64,000 bases of DNA from Euryarchaeota archaeon UBA558 (GTDB lineage: Archaea > Thermoplasmatota > Poseidoniia > Poseidoniales > Thalassarchaeaceae). Under the pieces are notes generated by a model that was not told where the DNA came from, searched no databases, and saw nothing but the letters and a program-made list of their open reading frames with translations. Below are positions 28,434-38,458 of this stretch, in pieces; the first letter of the stretch is position 1, and every line of letters starts with the position of its first letter. The stretch lies in assembly GCA_002507175.1 (NCBI GenBank), contig DAZE01000012.1, forward strand, positions 25,134 to 89,133, written 5' to 3'. Made by a program: the position numbers and the translations under genes.

Positions 28434-29135
28434 GTGATACCCATGCCCCTATTTAAAATGGAAAATATCCAGCGACACTATGAAACTCCAGCGGGAGTTG
28501 TAAAGGCGCTTGATGGTGTTAGTTTCAACGTAGAAGAGGGTGAGCGGGTTATTCTCCTAGGCCCATCAGGCTCAGGAAAAACTACACTTTTGAACTGTTT
28601 ATCTGGCCTAGATAGCCCAACCGGGGGGTCATACAAATTTCTTGGTAGCGAGGTACCACGCTATCATTCGGAAAAAATGACATCCTTCCGAAGGGAGAAT
28701 ATAGGATATGTTTTCCAGTTTTTCAACTTGCTCCAGGACCTTACTGTTCTCGAGAACATACTCTTGATCCAAGAACTTGCTGGGACCAAGAACCCCGCTC
28801 GCGCCAAGGAGCTTCTTGGGCTGGTGGGGCTACACTCTGAAGTCAACCGATTCCCCGGAGAAATCAGCGGAGGCCAACAACAACGCGTTGCCATTGCTCG
28901 TAGTATCGCCAAAAGACCCAAGTTGTTGTTGGGAGATGAGTTAACTGGAAATCTTGACACAGAAACCTCAAAGAAGGTCATGGAGGCACTCGTGAATGCT
29001 TGTAGACAGGAGGACATAACCTCCGTATTCGTCACTCACGATGAGGGCTTGATTAGATATGCTACCCGAGTGATTCGAATTGATAGCGGAAAAATCGTCT
29101 CAGACGAAATTGTCACCAATGTTAATGAAGACTGA
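28434..29135 (+). CDS. ABC transporter ATP-binding protein (MacB/LolD-type)
   Basis: GPSGSGKTTLLN, FRRENIGYVFQFFNL, ISGGQQQRVAIARS and LLLGDELTGNLD. Confidence 0.9.
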   Translation: MIPMPLFKMENIQRHYETPAGVVKALDGVSFNVEEGERVILLGPSGSGKTTLLNCLSGLDSPTGGSYKFLGSEVPRYHSEKMTSFRRENIGYVFQFFNLLQDLTVLENILLIQELAGTKNPARAKELLGLVGLHSEVNRFPGEISGGQQQRVAIARSIAKRPKLLLGDELTGNLDTETSKKVMEALVNACRQEDITSVFVTHDEGLIRYATRVIRIDSGKIVSDEIVTNVNED

Positions 29136-29144
29136 GGCGAGATA

Positions 29145-31586
29145 ATGTCAACCCTGTTGAATAAACGCTTGGCTCGTAGTCTATGGAGGACAAAAACCCG
29201 ACTCTTCGCAGTCGTGATGATGGTATCGGTAGGGGCATTCGCAGGAATCACATTTAGCGGGTATTCGCACAACCTCGACGGCATGTATGAAACACTGCAT
29301 GCTGACGATGACAAGGGCGCTAATCTCGCCGACATATGGATAGACAACCGAAGCACAACCTGGTCCCACGAGGAAGTCATGAACTTCTGTGGCGCATTGG
29401 AAACATCATGGCCTGCAGATATGGCCGAACTGGACTCATGTGAGGGTCGAACAATCGTGCAAGGTACAATGTTTCACACAACCAATGGAGGCACACAAAT
29501 AATCAACTCCCTCTGGCATGGTATTCCTGAGTTTGCCAACGCTGATAGGGTATGGATGCCATCAGGGCATAGTGAAGGCAGGGTAGCCTCTGCCGCTGAT
29601 GAGATAGTCATTGATGCCCATGTCGTCGAAGCACTCGATTTATCATTGGGGGATACCGTTAACATCGGCGCAGGAAGTTCGCCAGTTGAGTTCTCGATCG
29701 TTGGGATTGGATATCACCCACTTCACGTTTTTATGGCTCCAGAGGGCTCGATTTTCCCTCCAGAGCCAGGTCAGTATGTAGTCGGGTATGTCTCGGAGAG
29801 TGGCATGGCCCGTCTAACGAACAGTTCCATCGGCAACAGCAATACTATCATGTTGGATGTGGAAGGCACTCCTTCATTCGATCTTCCTGACACAGAAGAA
29901 TACGAGGGAGATGAAATTGATCTGGTGAAAAATCTTGTTTCTGGAGCTCTAGAAAACACTGAGTTGGATGGTCGAATCAGGGATAGGGGTCAGAATGAGC
30001 CAGTTGAAATCATGCGGCAAGACCTTGAGGGCGCCAAGCGAACTAGCCTACCCTTTGCAGTTATGATTGCTGCTATCGCCTCAATCACGATTGTCCTCAG
30101 CCTCCAACGCTTGGTACAAAGTCAAGCCAAAGAGATAGCAGCATTGCGAACGCTCGGCGTGAATAGAAGGTCATTGATGACTGGATATCTTATCGCTCCA
30201 CTTGCGATCGGTGCCACTGGCTGTGGGATTGGAGCAGTTATAGGACCATGGGGGGTTGACTACATGCTGGACTTCTACGAAGGCATTGTCGGCCTTCCCA
30301 TCACGGACAGAGAAGTTCCATGGCCAATTTATTCAAACATCATGATTCCAACAATCGCCGTAGTTTTCCTTTCAGGGGCATTCCCTGCCCTAAAGGCTAG
30401 TAAACTCGATCCTCTGGAGGTGCTCAGCGGTCAAAATCAAATTCGAGTGGGATCGAATACTCTTCGTCGCCTAACTTCTTGGTTGCCAACCACTCTCGGA
30501 CTATCTATCAGGTCAAGCATCCGAAAACCCGTTCGTTTGATGATGACCTTCCTCGCTGTTGGAATCTCTCTGATGCTTTTTGGCTCGGTCCAAATGATGT
30601 CGGCTGGACTTGAAGACACCATCGTGGGCGGACTAGAAGATCGACAATCCTGGGATGCCCAAGTCTACATCAACCAAGAGGGAGAAGACAAGGTCATTGA
30701 ATGGGCGAATCAACGAGGCGCCTCCTATGAACCGTTAATTGAGATGCCTTTGGGAGTAGTAGAGGATTCTGAGGGCTTGGACCGCATTTTCACAGTGGTG
30801 GGACTCGACTCTTTTACAGATGGGTTGCGAAATGTCAACATCATCCAAGGCCAGCCACCTGAGCCCAGCACTAGTCCCCATGAGGTCTTGATCGACGAGG
30901 GTGCAGCGACATTCTTGGGGTGGAACGTTGGAGAAACACATACAATCTTGCTGAATGGAGCGGAACACGATGTCACAATTGTTGGATTGACCCGGGGTGA
31001 ATTAGCGCGAACGATGTATTTCATTAGGGCTGAACTGGGAGAGGCCTTGGGAGTCAACGCCACGTCAATCTACCTCACACTTCCCGAGGGGGTCGACGTC
31101 GATTCATCGCTTGCAGAAGTATCCATTGGAGTAGTTGAGCGCAAGACCCTCATTGAGGGCATGAACAGTCTTATCGACCAACAGACCCGAATTTTCCTTG
31201 CTATGATGTATCTTGGGCTCATGTTTACTATCGCAGTGATGTTCAATACAATGATCATGAATGTCGCAGAACGGGATTTTGAACTCGCAACACTTCGAGT
31301 ATTGGGGGCATCAACCCTAAGTCTTGGAATTATGCTCCTCTTTGAAAGTCTTCTAATCGGAATCATTGGCGGTTTAATTGGCGTCCTCTTCGCATATGGC
31401 GGTGCGGTCGGACTGGCAGCCTCTTTCTCTACTTGGCAGTTCTACGTCACTATTTTGATAGTTCCTAGTGTAGCATATCAACTGATGTTGGGCGTGATTC
31501 TGATTGCAGTTGCAATGACTCCCATTGGTATATGGCGCTTGCGTCGGATGGATTTGGTGGAGAAGGTGAAGAACCTTACACAATAG
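29145..31586 (+). CDS. ABC transporter permease, FtsX/MacB family with two FtsX modules
   Basis: 813 aa. Each half has a TM helix, a large extracytoplasmic domain and three TM helices. The FtsX-type segments are around AALRTLGVNRRSL and ATLRVLGASTLSL. Confidence 0.85.
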   Translation: MSTLLNKRLARSLWRTKTRLFAVVMMVSVGAFAGITFSGYSHNLDGMYETLHADDDKGANLADIWIDNRSTTWSHEEVMNFCGALETSWPADMAELDSCEGRTIVQGTMFHTTNGGTQIINSLWHGIPEFANADRVWMPSGHSEGRVASAADEIVIDAHVVEALDLSLGDTVNIGAGSSPVEFSIVGIGYHPLHVFMAPEGSIFPPEPGQYVVGYVSESGMARLTNSSIGNSNTIMLDVEGTPSFDLPDTEEYEGDEIDLVKNLVSGALENTELDGRIRDRGQNEPVEIMRQDLEGAKRTSLPFAVMIAAIASITIVLSLQRLVQSQAKEIAALRTLGVNRRSLMTGYLIAPLAIGATGCGIGAVIGPWGVDYMLDFYEGIVGLPITDREVPWPIYSNIMIPTIAVVFLSGAFPALKASKLDPLEVLSGQNQIRVGSNTLRRLTSWLPTTLGLSIRSSIRKPVRLMMTFLAVGISLMLFGSVQMMSAGLEDTIVGGLEDRQSWDAQVYINQEGEDKVIEWANQRGASYEPLIEMPLGVVEDSEGLDRIFTVVGLDSFTDGLRNVNIIQGQPPEPSTSPHEVLIDEGAATFLGWNVGETHTILLNGAEHDVTIVGLTRGELARTMYFIRAELGEALGVNATSIYLTLPEGVDVDSSLAEVSIGVVERKTLIEGMNSLIDQQTRIFLAMMYLGLMFTIAVMFNTMIMNVAERDFELATLRVLGASTLSLGIMLLFESLLIGIIGGLIGVLFAYGGAVGLAASFSTWQFYVTILIVPSVAYQLMLGVILIAVAMTPIGIWRLRRMDLVEKVKNLTQ

Positions 31587-31594
31587 GTGGAAAA

Positions 31595-32386
31595 ATGAGG
31601 TTAGCTACTTGGAATTTGAACGGAATTAGGGCCGCTTACAAGAAGGGGCTGGATCAATTCATAAAAAAAATGGATGCAGATGTTCTTTTGTTCCAAGAAG
31701 TCAGGGCTTTGCCTGAACAGATGCCGGTGGATTGGACCCAACCTCCAGATTACAATGTCATTTGGCACCCGGCAGAAAAAAAGGGGTACTCAGGAGTAAT
31801 GACCTGCTCTAAAGATGAGATCATTGAAGTGAGAAGAGGGATAGAAACCAATTTGGATGACACTCTGGACCCAGAGGGAAGAGTCTTGGTCACGAGACAC
31901 GGCGAATTTACCTGCATAAACATGTATCTCCCAAATGGATCTTCTAGCCTAGAGAGGCAACATTACAAAGATATCTGGTTAGAAGACATGCTGGTATGGA
32001 GTCAGAGCTTTCTAGCAGATTCGAAGCCCTCATTGTTATGTGGAGATCTCAATATAGCCCACACGGAGAATGATATTTGGAATCCCTCGGGGAATCGAAG
32101 AACGTCTGGATTTCTGGACCACGAGCGAGAGTGGTTCGACAGGTTGTTGCAATCCGGTTGGAAAGATCTTGTTAGAGTGCAATTTGGCGGTATCAAAGGT
32201 CCATATTCATGGTGGTCGAACCGAGGAAGGGCCCGAGAATTGGACAGGGGTTGGAGAATTGATTACATATTGGCAAATCCAGCAGCAGCAGATCGGTTTG
32301 TTCGAGCCGAGGTAATCAGAGAAGGAGGTCTGAGAATATCGGATCATGCCCCGGTAATTGCTGACTTCTCTGATCATGGGCACTAA
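31595..32386 (+). CDS. xth: Exodeoxyribonuclease III (AP endonuclease)
   Basis: MRLATWNLNGIRA, LLFQEV, GDLNIAH and ISDHAPV. The track ORF opens at 31532, inside the upstream gene; ATG at 31595. Confidence 0.9.
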   Translation: MRLATWNLNGIRAAYKKGLDQFIKKMDADVLLFQEVRALPEQMPVDWTQPPDYNVIWHPAEKKGYSGVMTCSKDEIIEVRRGIETNLDDTLDPEGRVLVTRHGEFTCINMYLPNGSSSLERQHYKDIWLEDMLVWSQSFLADSKPSLLCGDLNIAHTENDIWNPSGNRRTSGFLDHEREWFDRLLQSGWKDLVRVQFGGIKGPYSWWSNRGRARELDRGWRIDYILANPAAADRFVRAEVIREGGLRISDHAPVIADFSDHGH

Positions 32387-32416
32387 TTCAAACGCAATAA
32401 CCACTCAGATTGAACC

Positions 32417-33211
32417 ATGACAACACCACTGAGCGACGCACTATCATCCCTCCTACCGGGTGGAAAAGGCGTTTGGGTACCCATGGATCATGGACTCACT
32501 TCCTTCCCAGTTCAAGGCCTTCGGAACATCGAGAAGGCGATAGATGATTGCATCAAGGGTGGCGTGGATGCGATAGTACTACAGAAAGGTGTCATGTCAC
32601 ACCAAATCAACAGGCTCTCATGGCCAAATTTCATTATGCACGTATCAGCATCTACCATCCATGCAGGGCTCAATTCAGACACCAAGGTACCAGTCGGGGA
32701 TCCTGGAGAGGCACAGGAAAGAGGCGCAGTAGCAATATCCTGCCAAATTAACTTGGGGTCCAATAATGAAGGCGAAATGATAAGGGATGCAGGATTGCTT
32801 ACCTCCGCAGCACTAGCTCATGACATGCCGGTGCTTGGTATGATCTACCCGCGAGGTCCTGGCCTAATCCCAATTGAGGGCGACAAAACCAAGGGAGTCG
32901 CACATGCCGCGAGATTAGCTTGGGAGCTTGGATGCCATGTAGCAAAGGTACCATGGACAGGGAGTGCGGATTCTTTTCATGATGTGTGTTCGTCAGTCCC
33001 GATCCCTGTCCTGATTGCTGGAGGCCAGCCAAACACATCATTCGCTCAAACCCTCAAGATCGTTGAGTCTGCAATTTCTGTTGGCGGTGCTGGGGTCTGC
33101 ATGGGTAGGCAGATATTCGGAGCTCACGATCGAATTGACAGAATAAGGGCGTTGAGGGCTATAATTCATGAGGGAAAAACCTCCAACGAAGCCATTCAAA
33201 TGATGGGGTGA
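32417..33211 (+). CDS. 2-amino-3,7-dideoxy-D-threo-hept-6-ulosonate (ADH) synthase, class I aldolase family
   Basis: VPMDHG, GMIYPRG, AHAARLAWELGCHVAKV and GGAGVCMGRQIF resemble MJ0400-type AroA'. The position directly upstream of DHQ synthase II supports ADHS rather than FBP aldolase. Confidence 0.75.
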   Translation: MTTPLSDALSSLLPGGKGVWVPMDHGLTSFPVQGLRNIEKAIDDCIKGGVDAIVLQKGVMSHQINRLSWPNFIMHVSASTIHAGLNSDTKVPVGDPGEAQERGAVAISCQINLGSNNEGEMIRDAGLLTSAALAHDMPVLGMIYPRGPGLIPIEGDKTKGVAHAARLAWELGCHVAKVPWTGSADSFHDVCSSVPIPVLIAGGQPNTSFAQTLKIVESAISVGGAGVCMGRQIFGAHDRIDRIRALRAIIHEGKTSNEAIQMMG

Positions 33212-33217
33212 AAACCC

Positions 33218-34174
33218 ATGGAAGTATGGCTAGACTTCACTGCTGGAAAGGATTTCAGCGATATCGACTCTGCCATGATTGAAAATGTGCAGAGGCAATG
33301 GCATGGTGAGTCAAAGGATGTCGCGGAAGTGGAGATAGATGGTTTCAGAGGACAGGAAGAAGCCGCCTCTTTAGTAGGATTGGTTGATTGGATACTCCTA
33401 CGATGCTCTGATTGGACCATGATCCCCCTGGAGAACATAATCTCTTCCTCTAGGGGCACTGGAACAAGAATCGCCGCAGCAGTCTCATCTTCGGATGACA
33501 TAACCGGAGCAGGATTCGCGTTGGAACACGGTGTAGACGCTGTGCTTATACCACCAAAAATTGATTTGTTGAATTACTCCTTGGCCATATCAAACCAAGT
33601 GGCGTCCAAGGAACGGACCCCTGATCAAGCACAATCGGTTTTGCAGTACTCCGAGGTCACTGACATCGCTGCAGTTGGAATCGGCGATCGGGTTTGCGTC
33701 GACCTCATTGATACTCTTGAATTGGGGGAAGGCCTCTTGATAGGCTCAACAGCAAACGCGATGGTGATGGTCCATGGTGAAACCGTGCCCTCAGAGTATG
33801 TCCCCACACGTCCATTCAGGGTAAATGCAGGGGCAGTACACTCATACTGCCTCATGGCCGATCAAACTACGAAATATCTCAGTGAGCTGGTATCTGGGGA
33901 CAAAGTCTCAGTGATTAATCTCAGAGGCACACTCAGGCATTCCACGGTTGGGAGAGTCAAAATAGAAAAGAGGCCGTTTTTACTGGTAAAGTACAGCGAT
34001 GGCAGCGTTTCTGGACAGGCAGCACTCCAACAGGCCGAGACCATCCGCCTAGTTGGATATGAGGGGCTTGTTAGTGTCACCAACATAAATGTCGGAGATA
34101 GAGTGCTGACCAGGATGTCCACCGGTATGCGACACATTGGAAGAGAGTTGGATGGGGTGATGAATGAGAGATGA
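33218..34174 (+). CDS. 3-dehydroquinate synthase II (archaeal type)
   Basis: GETVPSEYVPTRPFRVNAGAVHSY is the DHQS-II core motif. The size and the neighbouring genes fit. Confidence 0.85.
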   Translation: MEVWLDFTAGKDFSDIDSAMIENVQRQWHGESKDVAEVEIDGFRGQEEAASLVGLVDWILLRCSDWTMIPLENIISSSRGTGTRIAAAVSSSDDITGAGFALEHGVDAVLIPPKIDLLNYSLAISNQVASKERTPDQAQSVLQYSEVTDIAAVGIGDRVCVDLIDTLELGEGLLIGSTANAMVMVHGETVPSEYVPTRPFRVNAGAVHSYCLMADQTTKYLSELVSGDKVSVINLRGTLRHSTVGRVKIEKRPFLLVKYSDGSVSGQAALQQAETIRLVGYEGLVSVTNINVGDRVLTRMSTGMRHIGRELDGVMNER

Positions 34175-35013
34175 CATCAACCCCCAGTGTTGCTTACGGT
34201 GGTGTGAGCATACTTCATGCAGCAGGATGTGGGTGGGGATGTTCCACTCCTATTGATCTGTCTTGTAAGGCCATCATAAATAGGGAAAAAAAGGAAAATC
34301 ACTCGGATGATAGTGGCCTTCTAAGTCAGCTCCCATCATCAATTCTGTCCTTGACAGGGCAGGAAATTGATAGTGACATCAGTATATCGGTGGAGAGCGA
34401 GATACCTGCATCGATGGGCCTTAAATCATCCTCGGCTGTAGCGGTAAGTGCGATCAAGAGCGTAATTAACCAATTTGGAATTGACCTAAATTCAAGACAG
34501 ATCGTCGAAGTTGCAGCTGAAATGCAAATGAGGAGTGGTTGCTCAATGACGGGCTCATTTGACGACAATTGGGCTGCGATGGGCTTGAATTCTGCAATAA
34601 TCAGATTAGAATCAGAACTACCATCAGAGCCATTTGCCCAAACTGAAATCAATAATATGTATTGTACGATAATACACAGAGGGAGGAGAAGATCGACTCC
34701 CAAGTTATCGGATTTTGAAAAAATGAGGTCGAAATTTAAAATCGCGAAAAAAAAGTTGATTTCCGGCGACGTGATGGCAGCATTCAAAGAAAATGGACTC
34801 GCCGTGGCAGAATCCACTCAAGATCTAGAGGGCCTGAAGTTATTGAAAACACTTGATTCAATGGGACTCGCCTCGTCAATCACCGGATCTGGGCCAAGTA
34901 TTGCTATTCTTTATGAGGAAGATCAGATTGATTTAGTATCGGACTTTTCCAGATCATTTGAACGAATTATCACTACAAAGGTCCTTCAACGCCCCTGCAT
35001 GGAGGGGGAGTAA
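34171..35013 (+). CDS. Shikimate kinase, archaeal GHMP-kinase type
   Basis: GHMP motif PASMGLKSSSAVAVS. 4-nt overlap with the upstream gene and 1-nt overlap with aroC. Confidence 0.75.
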   Translation: MTSTPSVAYGGVSILHAAGCGWGCSTPIDLSCKAIINREKKENHSDDSGLLSQLPSSILSLTGQEIDSDISISVESEIPASMGLKSSSAVAVSAIKSVINQFGIDLNSRQIVEVAAEMQMRSGCSMTGSFDDNWAAMGLNSAIIRLESELPSEPFAQTEINNMYCTIIHRGRRRSTPKLSDFEKMRSKFKIAKKKLISGDVMAAFKENGLAVAESTQDLEGLKLLKTLDSMGLASSITGSGPSIAILYEEDQIDLVSDFSRSFERIITTKVLQRPCMEGE

Positions 35014-36104
35014 TGGGCATGGCGTTCGGAAACAAGATTCGGATCACGCTCTTCGGCGAAAGTCATGGGGAGTGTGTGGGAGCTCTTCTCGAAGGCATCC
35101 CTGCTGGAACCCCAATCGATTACGATTCACTAATCGAAGAGATAGAAAAGCGAAAACCAGGTAGAAAGGGGATGAGTAGGCGGTCGGAATCAGATGAGTG
35201 TGAGATTATGTCTGGCATCCATGAGGGGGTAGCCACTGGATGGCCCATCCTACTAATTGCCAAGAATGACGATGCAAGATCCAAAGATTACGGATTTCTA
35301 CCAGATCACCCAAGACCTGGGCATGCAGACATGGTAGAGATTGAAAGGTCAGGAGGATCCACGGATCTGCGAGGCGGCGGCTCCCAATCCGCCAGATTGA
35401 CACTGGGATTGGTGGCAGCAGCAAGTCAAGTGAGACAACTTATTACTGCTGAGAACGTAATCATCAAGGCTGGGCTTTACTCCGTAGGAGACAAATTTGC
35501 AGATTCTCTGGTGAACCTAAATTGGGATTCTACTGTTCAAAGCGATGACATGCTTAGATTGAATTGCTACGACTCCATGATGGCACCAGTTTTCTCTGAG
35601 GAGATAGAACTAACCAGAAAATCAGGTGATTCAATCGGGTCTACAGTGGAATGTGTGATCGAGGGTTTGCCCATGGGCATAGGAGAGCCATGGTTTGATG
35701 GCCTCGAACCTGCATTAGCGCGGGTTATGATGGCAATACCTGGCGCCAGAGCAGTAGAGTTCAGCAAGGGCTTCCAGTCATCAACAATGAAGGGGTCAGA
35801 ACACAACGACACTTGGACAATTCAGGCAGGCCAAATTTCTCCTGCTTCTAACTCCGGAAACCTTCCTGATGGCGCCTTAGGAGGAAGATCAACTGGTGCC
35901 ATCCTCCGTATGGTGGTCCACTTCAAACCGCCCAGCAGCATTTCAAAAACACAGACTACTCTTCATCTCCCAAGTGGAGCAAAAACTCCCCTAAAAATCA
36001 AAGGACGGCACGATCCAGTTATCGGGCCTAGGGCGGTCCCAGTCGTAGAAGCATCAGCGGTGCTGGTAATCGCTGATCTAATTGAAATGGCAAAACAAGA
36101 ATAG
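35013..36104 (+). CDS. aroC: Chorismate synthase
   Basis: FGESHGECVGALLEGIPAG, RPGHAD, GGGSQSARLT and GRHDPVIGPRAVPV. Confidence 0.9.
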   Translation: MGMAFGNKIRITLFGESHGECVGALLEGIPAGTPIDYDSLIEEIEKRKPGRKGMSRRSESDECEIMSGIHEGVATGWPILLIAKNDDARSKDYGFLPDHPRPGHADMVEIERSGGSTDLRGGGSQSARLTLGLVAAASQVRQLITAENVIIKAGLYSVGDKFADSLVNLNWDSTVQSDDMLRLNCYDSMMAPVFSEEIELTRKSGDSIGSTVECVIEGLPMGIGEPWFDGLEPALARVMMAIPGARAVEFSKGFQSSTMKGSEHNDTWTIQAGQISPASNSGNLPDGALGGRSTGAILRMVVHFKPPSSISKTQTTLHLPSGAKTPLKIKGRHDPVIGPRAVPVVEASAVLVIADLIEMAKQE

Positions 36105-36169
36105 AATTCTACTGTCTACTGGCATGAACAAACAGTGGAAAATAATCCGCCTTGGTCTAGTAAGGCAGT

Positions 36170-37096
36170 TTAATCAGCACGACCTTCTTGGAATTTTTGT
36201 ATTCTTGCAGGTAGGTTCACACTGAAAGATATGGCTATGAGGCCAAAGACCATAGCAGTACCCAGCGCAACTCCGTAAACACTGGTTAATTCGACGCTCT
36301 CACTAAGTCTGTTTGAGGAGACTTGGTCGAAAATACCAATTACAGCAGGAATTATTACATTAATCAAAAGTGTGATCAAGGCTACGAATCCTGCAATCAA
36401 CGGCGTGGTCCCAAGAGATCTGTTGTATTTCTGAATTATTCTTTCTTGCCCCATCACATACACTTCACGAGTCCTGATTGATGTGTCAAGCATAGAGAAG
36501 CGGATCACGCCCGACGAGAGTTCAATGTACATCACTAGGAAAAGAGCATAGAAAATTAACAACAATTTCTGTATGAATTCACTGTCAACGTCCAAAGCCG
36601 CCATTGCGAACTCGACCTTGCTCCCAGCGAATCTTACAGTAATCAAAATCATGGCTACTTGGGACAACAATATCATTCGTTGATCTCTCTGGATTACTCC
36701 ATAGGCTCCAACCAGAACTCCCCCAATCAACAGAAGATAGTGAATGAGTCCACTGAAGAAAGGCACCCCAACAAGATTGGATAGCCAAAACCATACCGTC
36801 CCCGAGGAAGGTGTTATGACGAAAGTTACTAAACCAAGGAGAATCAACGTTGTCACTGAAGCCATCTGAAGCCTAACAACAGTCTTGTTGGGGCTCAAGA
36901 ATCTGACAGATGGAACAAGAGGGCCTCCAAAAAATGATTCCACCCAAGTTGGAATCTTAGTTTCAGGGATGGCATCCCTTGGTATGGATGTGGATTGTGT
37001 GACTCGGCCGGCCGCTTTTTTCCTGCTGGGGGCAGAAGATCTTACGCTTTTTCCATCATATAGATGTGAGGTATCCGTTCTAGATTCTTCTGACAT
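36170..37096 (-). CDS. Polytopic membrane protein of unknown function (last gene of the MoxR/DUF58 module)
   Basis: ~45-aa polar N-terminus followed by ~7 hydrophobic helices. 9-nt gap to the DUF58 gene. Confidence 0.55.
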   Translation of the reverse strand: MSEESRTDTSHLYDGKSVRSSAPSRKKAAGRVTQSTSIPRDAIPETKIPTWVESFFGGPLVPSVRFLSPNKTVVRLQMASVTTLILLGLVTFVITPSSGTVWFWLSNLVGVPFFSGLIHYLLLIGGVLVGAYGVIQRDQRMILLSQVAMILITVRFAGSKVEFAMAALDVDSEFIQKLLLIFYALFLVMYIELSSGVIRFSMLDTSIRTREVYVMGQERIIQKYNRSLGTTPLIAGFVALITLLINVIIPAVIGIFDQVSSNRLSESVELTSVYGVALGTAMVFGLIAISFSVNLPARIQKFQEGRAD

Positions 37097-37105
37097 CTTT
37101 CCACC

Positions 37106-38401
37106 TCAGTATCCTCTAGCACCTGCCAGTGCAGTGACTAGTAGCATCTCCGGCTCCCAATCCATGATATTCGCTCCCAACCCTCTGATTTCTGTCATTA
37201 AGATATCCCTCTCTGTCTTTAGCAGCTCATATCCAACTGGATCGAGCCTTTTCGCGTCGAATTCAAAATCTATGCTGCTGGGGGAGAGTATTGTTACCAT
37301 GAAATTCCTAGCACGGAGGTCTCTCACGGCGTCGATTATGGTCGGGTCGTCTTCTAGTGGACTCAAGATGATGATCGGACTGCCTCTATTTATGTGCGGC
37401 ATCAACCTATTAGTCACCACTCTCAGGGGCGTGTTACCCTTTGCAACTGCTCCGGCCAGTTTAGTCAGGATGACGTAGAGCTGCTTTTTCCCAGTGTCCC
37501 TGTCTACCGAGACAATCTCGTCACCATATGTCACAAGACCAACTGAGTCACGCCTAGCAAGGAAATGCTGGGCCAGACTTGCAGCCGCTCTCGTGCTGTA
37601 CACAAGTGAGTTTCGGCTAACAGGGCCTGTTTCACTTATTGAGCGACTGTCGACAATTAGGATAATGTCACTGACAGCATCTCTCTCGTATTCATTCACC
37701 ATCATCTTGCCACCACTCCTTGCAGTTGCGTTCCAGTTTACTTTCTTCATGGGGTCCCCTGGTATGTACTCCCTGAGATTGTAGAAATTGGAACCCTCTC
37801 CGGGATTCCTTATGTTTACAGCACCTGTGAAAATTTTGGGGACCTTACTTTTTATCATCGCATCCTTGATATCTTCCATTTTGGGGAAAACTAAGAAATC
37901 ATCATACAGCTGTATCTCACGTTCATTATGGAATAGGCCGAAAGTATCCTGTATTCGAACACAGACTGGGCCAATGGTGTAGAATCCCCTCAGAGGGGCT
38001 TCTATGGTGTAAGATATCTCTGTCTCTCTTCTTCCTCCAAGTTCCATCAAGACGTAGTTTGCCCCTTTTTTTATTCGCATGACTTCTGGAACCCTGTCTC
38101 TGACTTCGATGATTTTCGCCATGGGGGTCCTATTTTGTATTCTGAGTACCACATCAATTTCTCCGTCCTCGAAGACTCTTGAAGAGGACACTTTTCTGAG
38201 GGCCGAAATTCCTCCGAGTTGTATCCCCTCGTCTGATTCGTTGTCCTCAAGCCTTCTCCCCGATGATGCAACATCTGCGTGAGAAGTTCTGAATGCAGCA
38301 TAGGTTAGGAATGATAGCAGAACAACTGCGACGGTGACAAGTTGTTGATTCCTTAGAACAAGCCCAAGCAGGTAGAGCCCAATAGCCAGAGATGCAAACA
38401 T
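37106..38401 (-). CDS. DUF58 (vWA-like) domain protein
   Basis: Two N-terminal TM helices. KKVNWNATARSGGKMMVNEYERDAVSDIILIVDSRS is the DUF58 core. Confidence 0.8.
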   Translation of the reverse strand: MFASLAIGLYLLGLVLRNQQLVTVAVVLLSFLTYAAFRTSHADVASSGRRLEDNESDEGIQLGGISALRKVSSSRVFEDGEIDVVLRIQNRTPMAKIIEVRDRVPEVMRIKKGANYVLMELGGRRETEISYTIEAPLRGFYTIGPVCVRIQDTFGLFHNEREIQLYDDFLVFPKMEDIKDAMIKSKVPKIFTGAVNIRNPGEGSNFYNLREYIPGDPMKKVNWNATARSGGKMMVNEYERDAVSDIILIVDSRSISETGPVSRNSLVYSTRAAASLAQHFLARRDSVGLVTYGDEIVSVDRDTGKKQLYVILTKLAGAVAKGNTPLRVVTNRLMPHINRGSPIIILSPLEDDPTIIDAVRDLRARNFMVTILSPSSIDFEFDAKRLDPVGYELLKTERDILMTEIRGLGANIMDWEPEMLLVTALAGARGY

Positions 38402-38458
38402 TGCTGACTTTCTGCTCCACGCCAGTGTAAATCCCCCCTACCTCGGTCATGTAAAACA

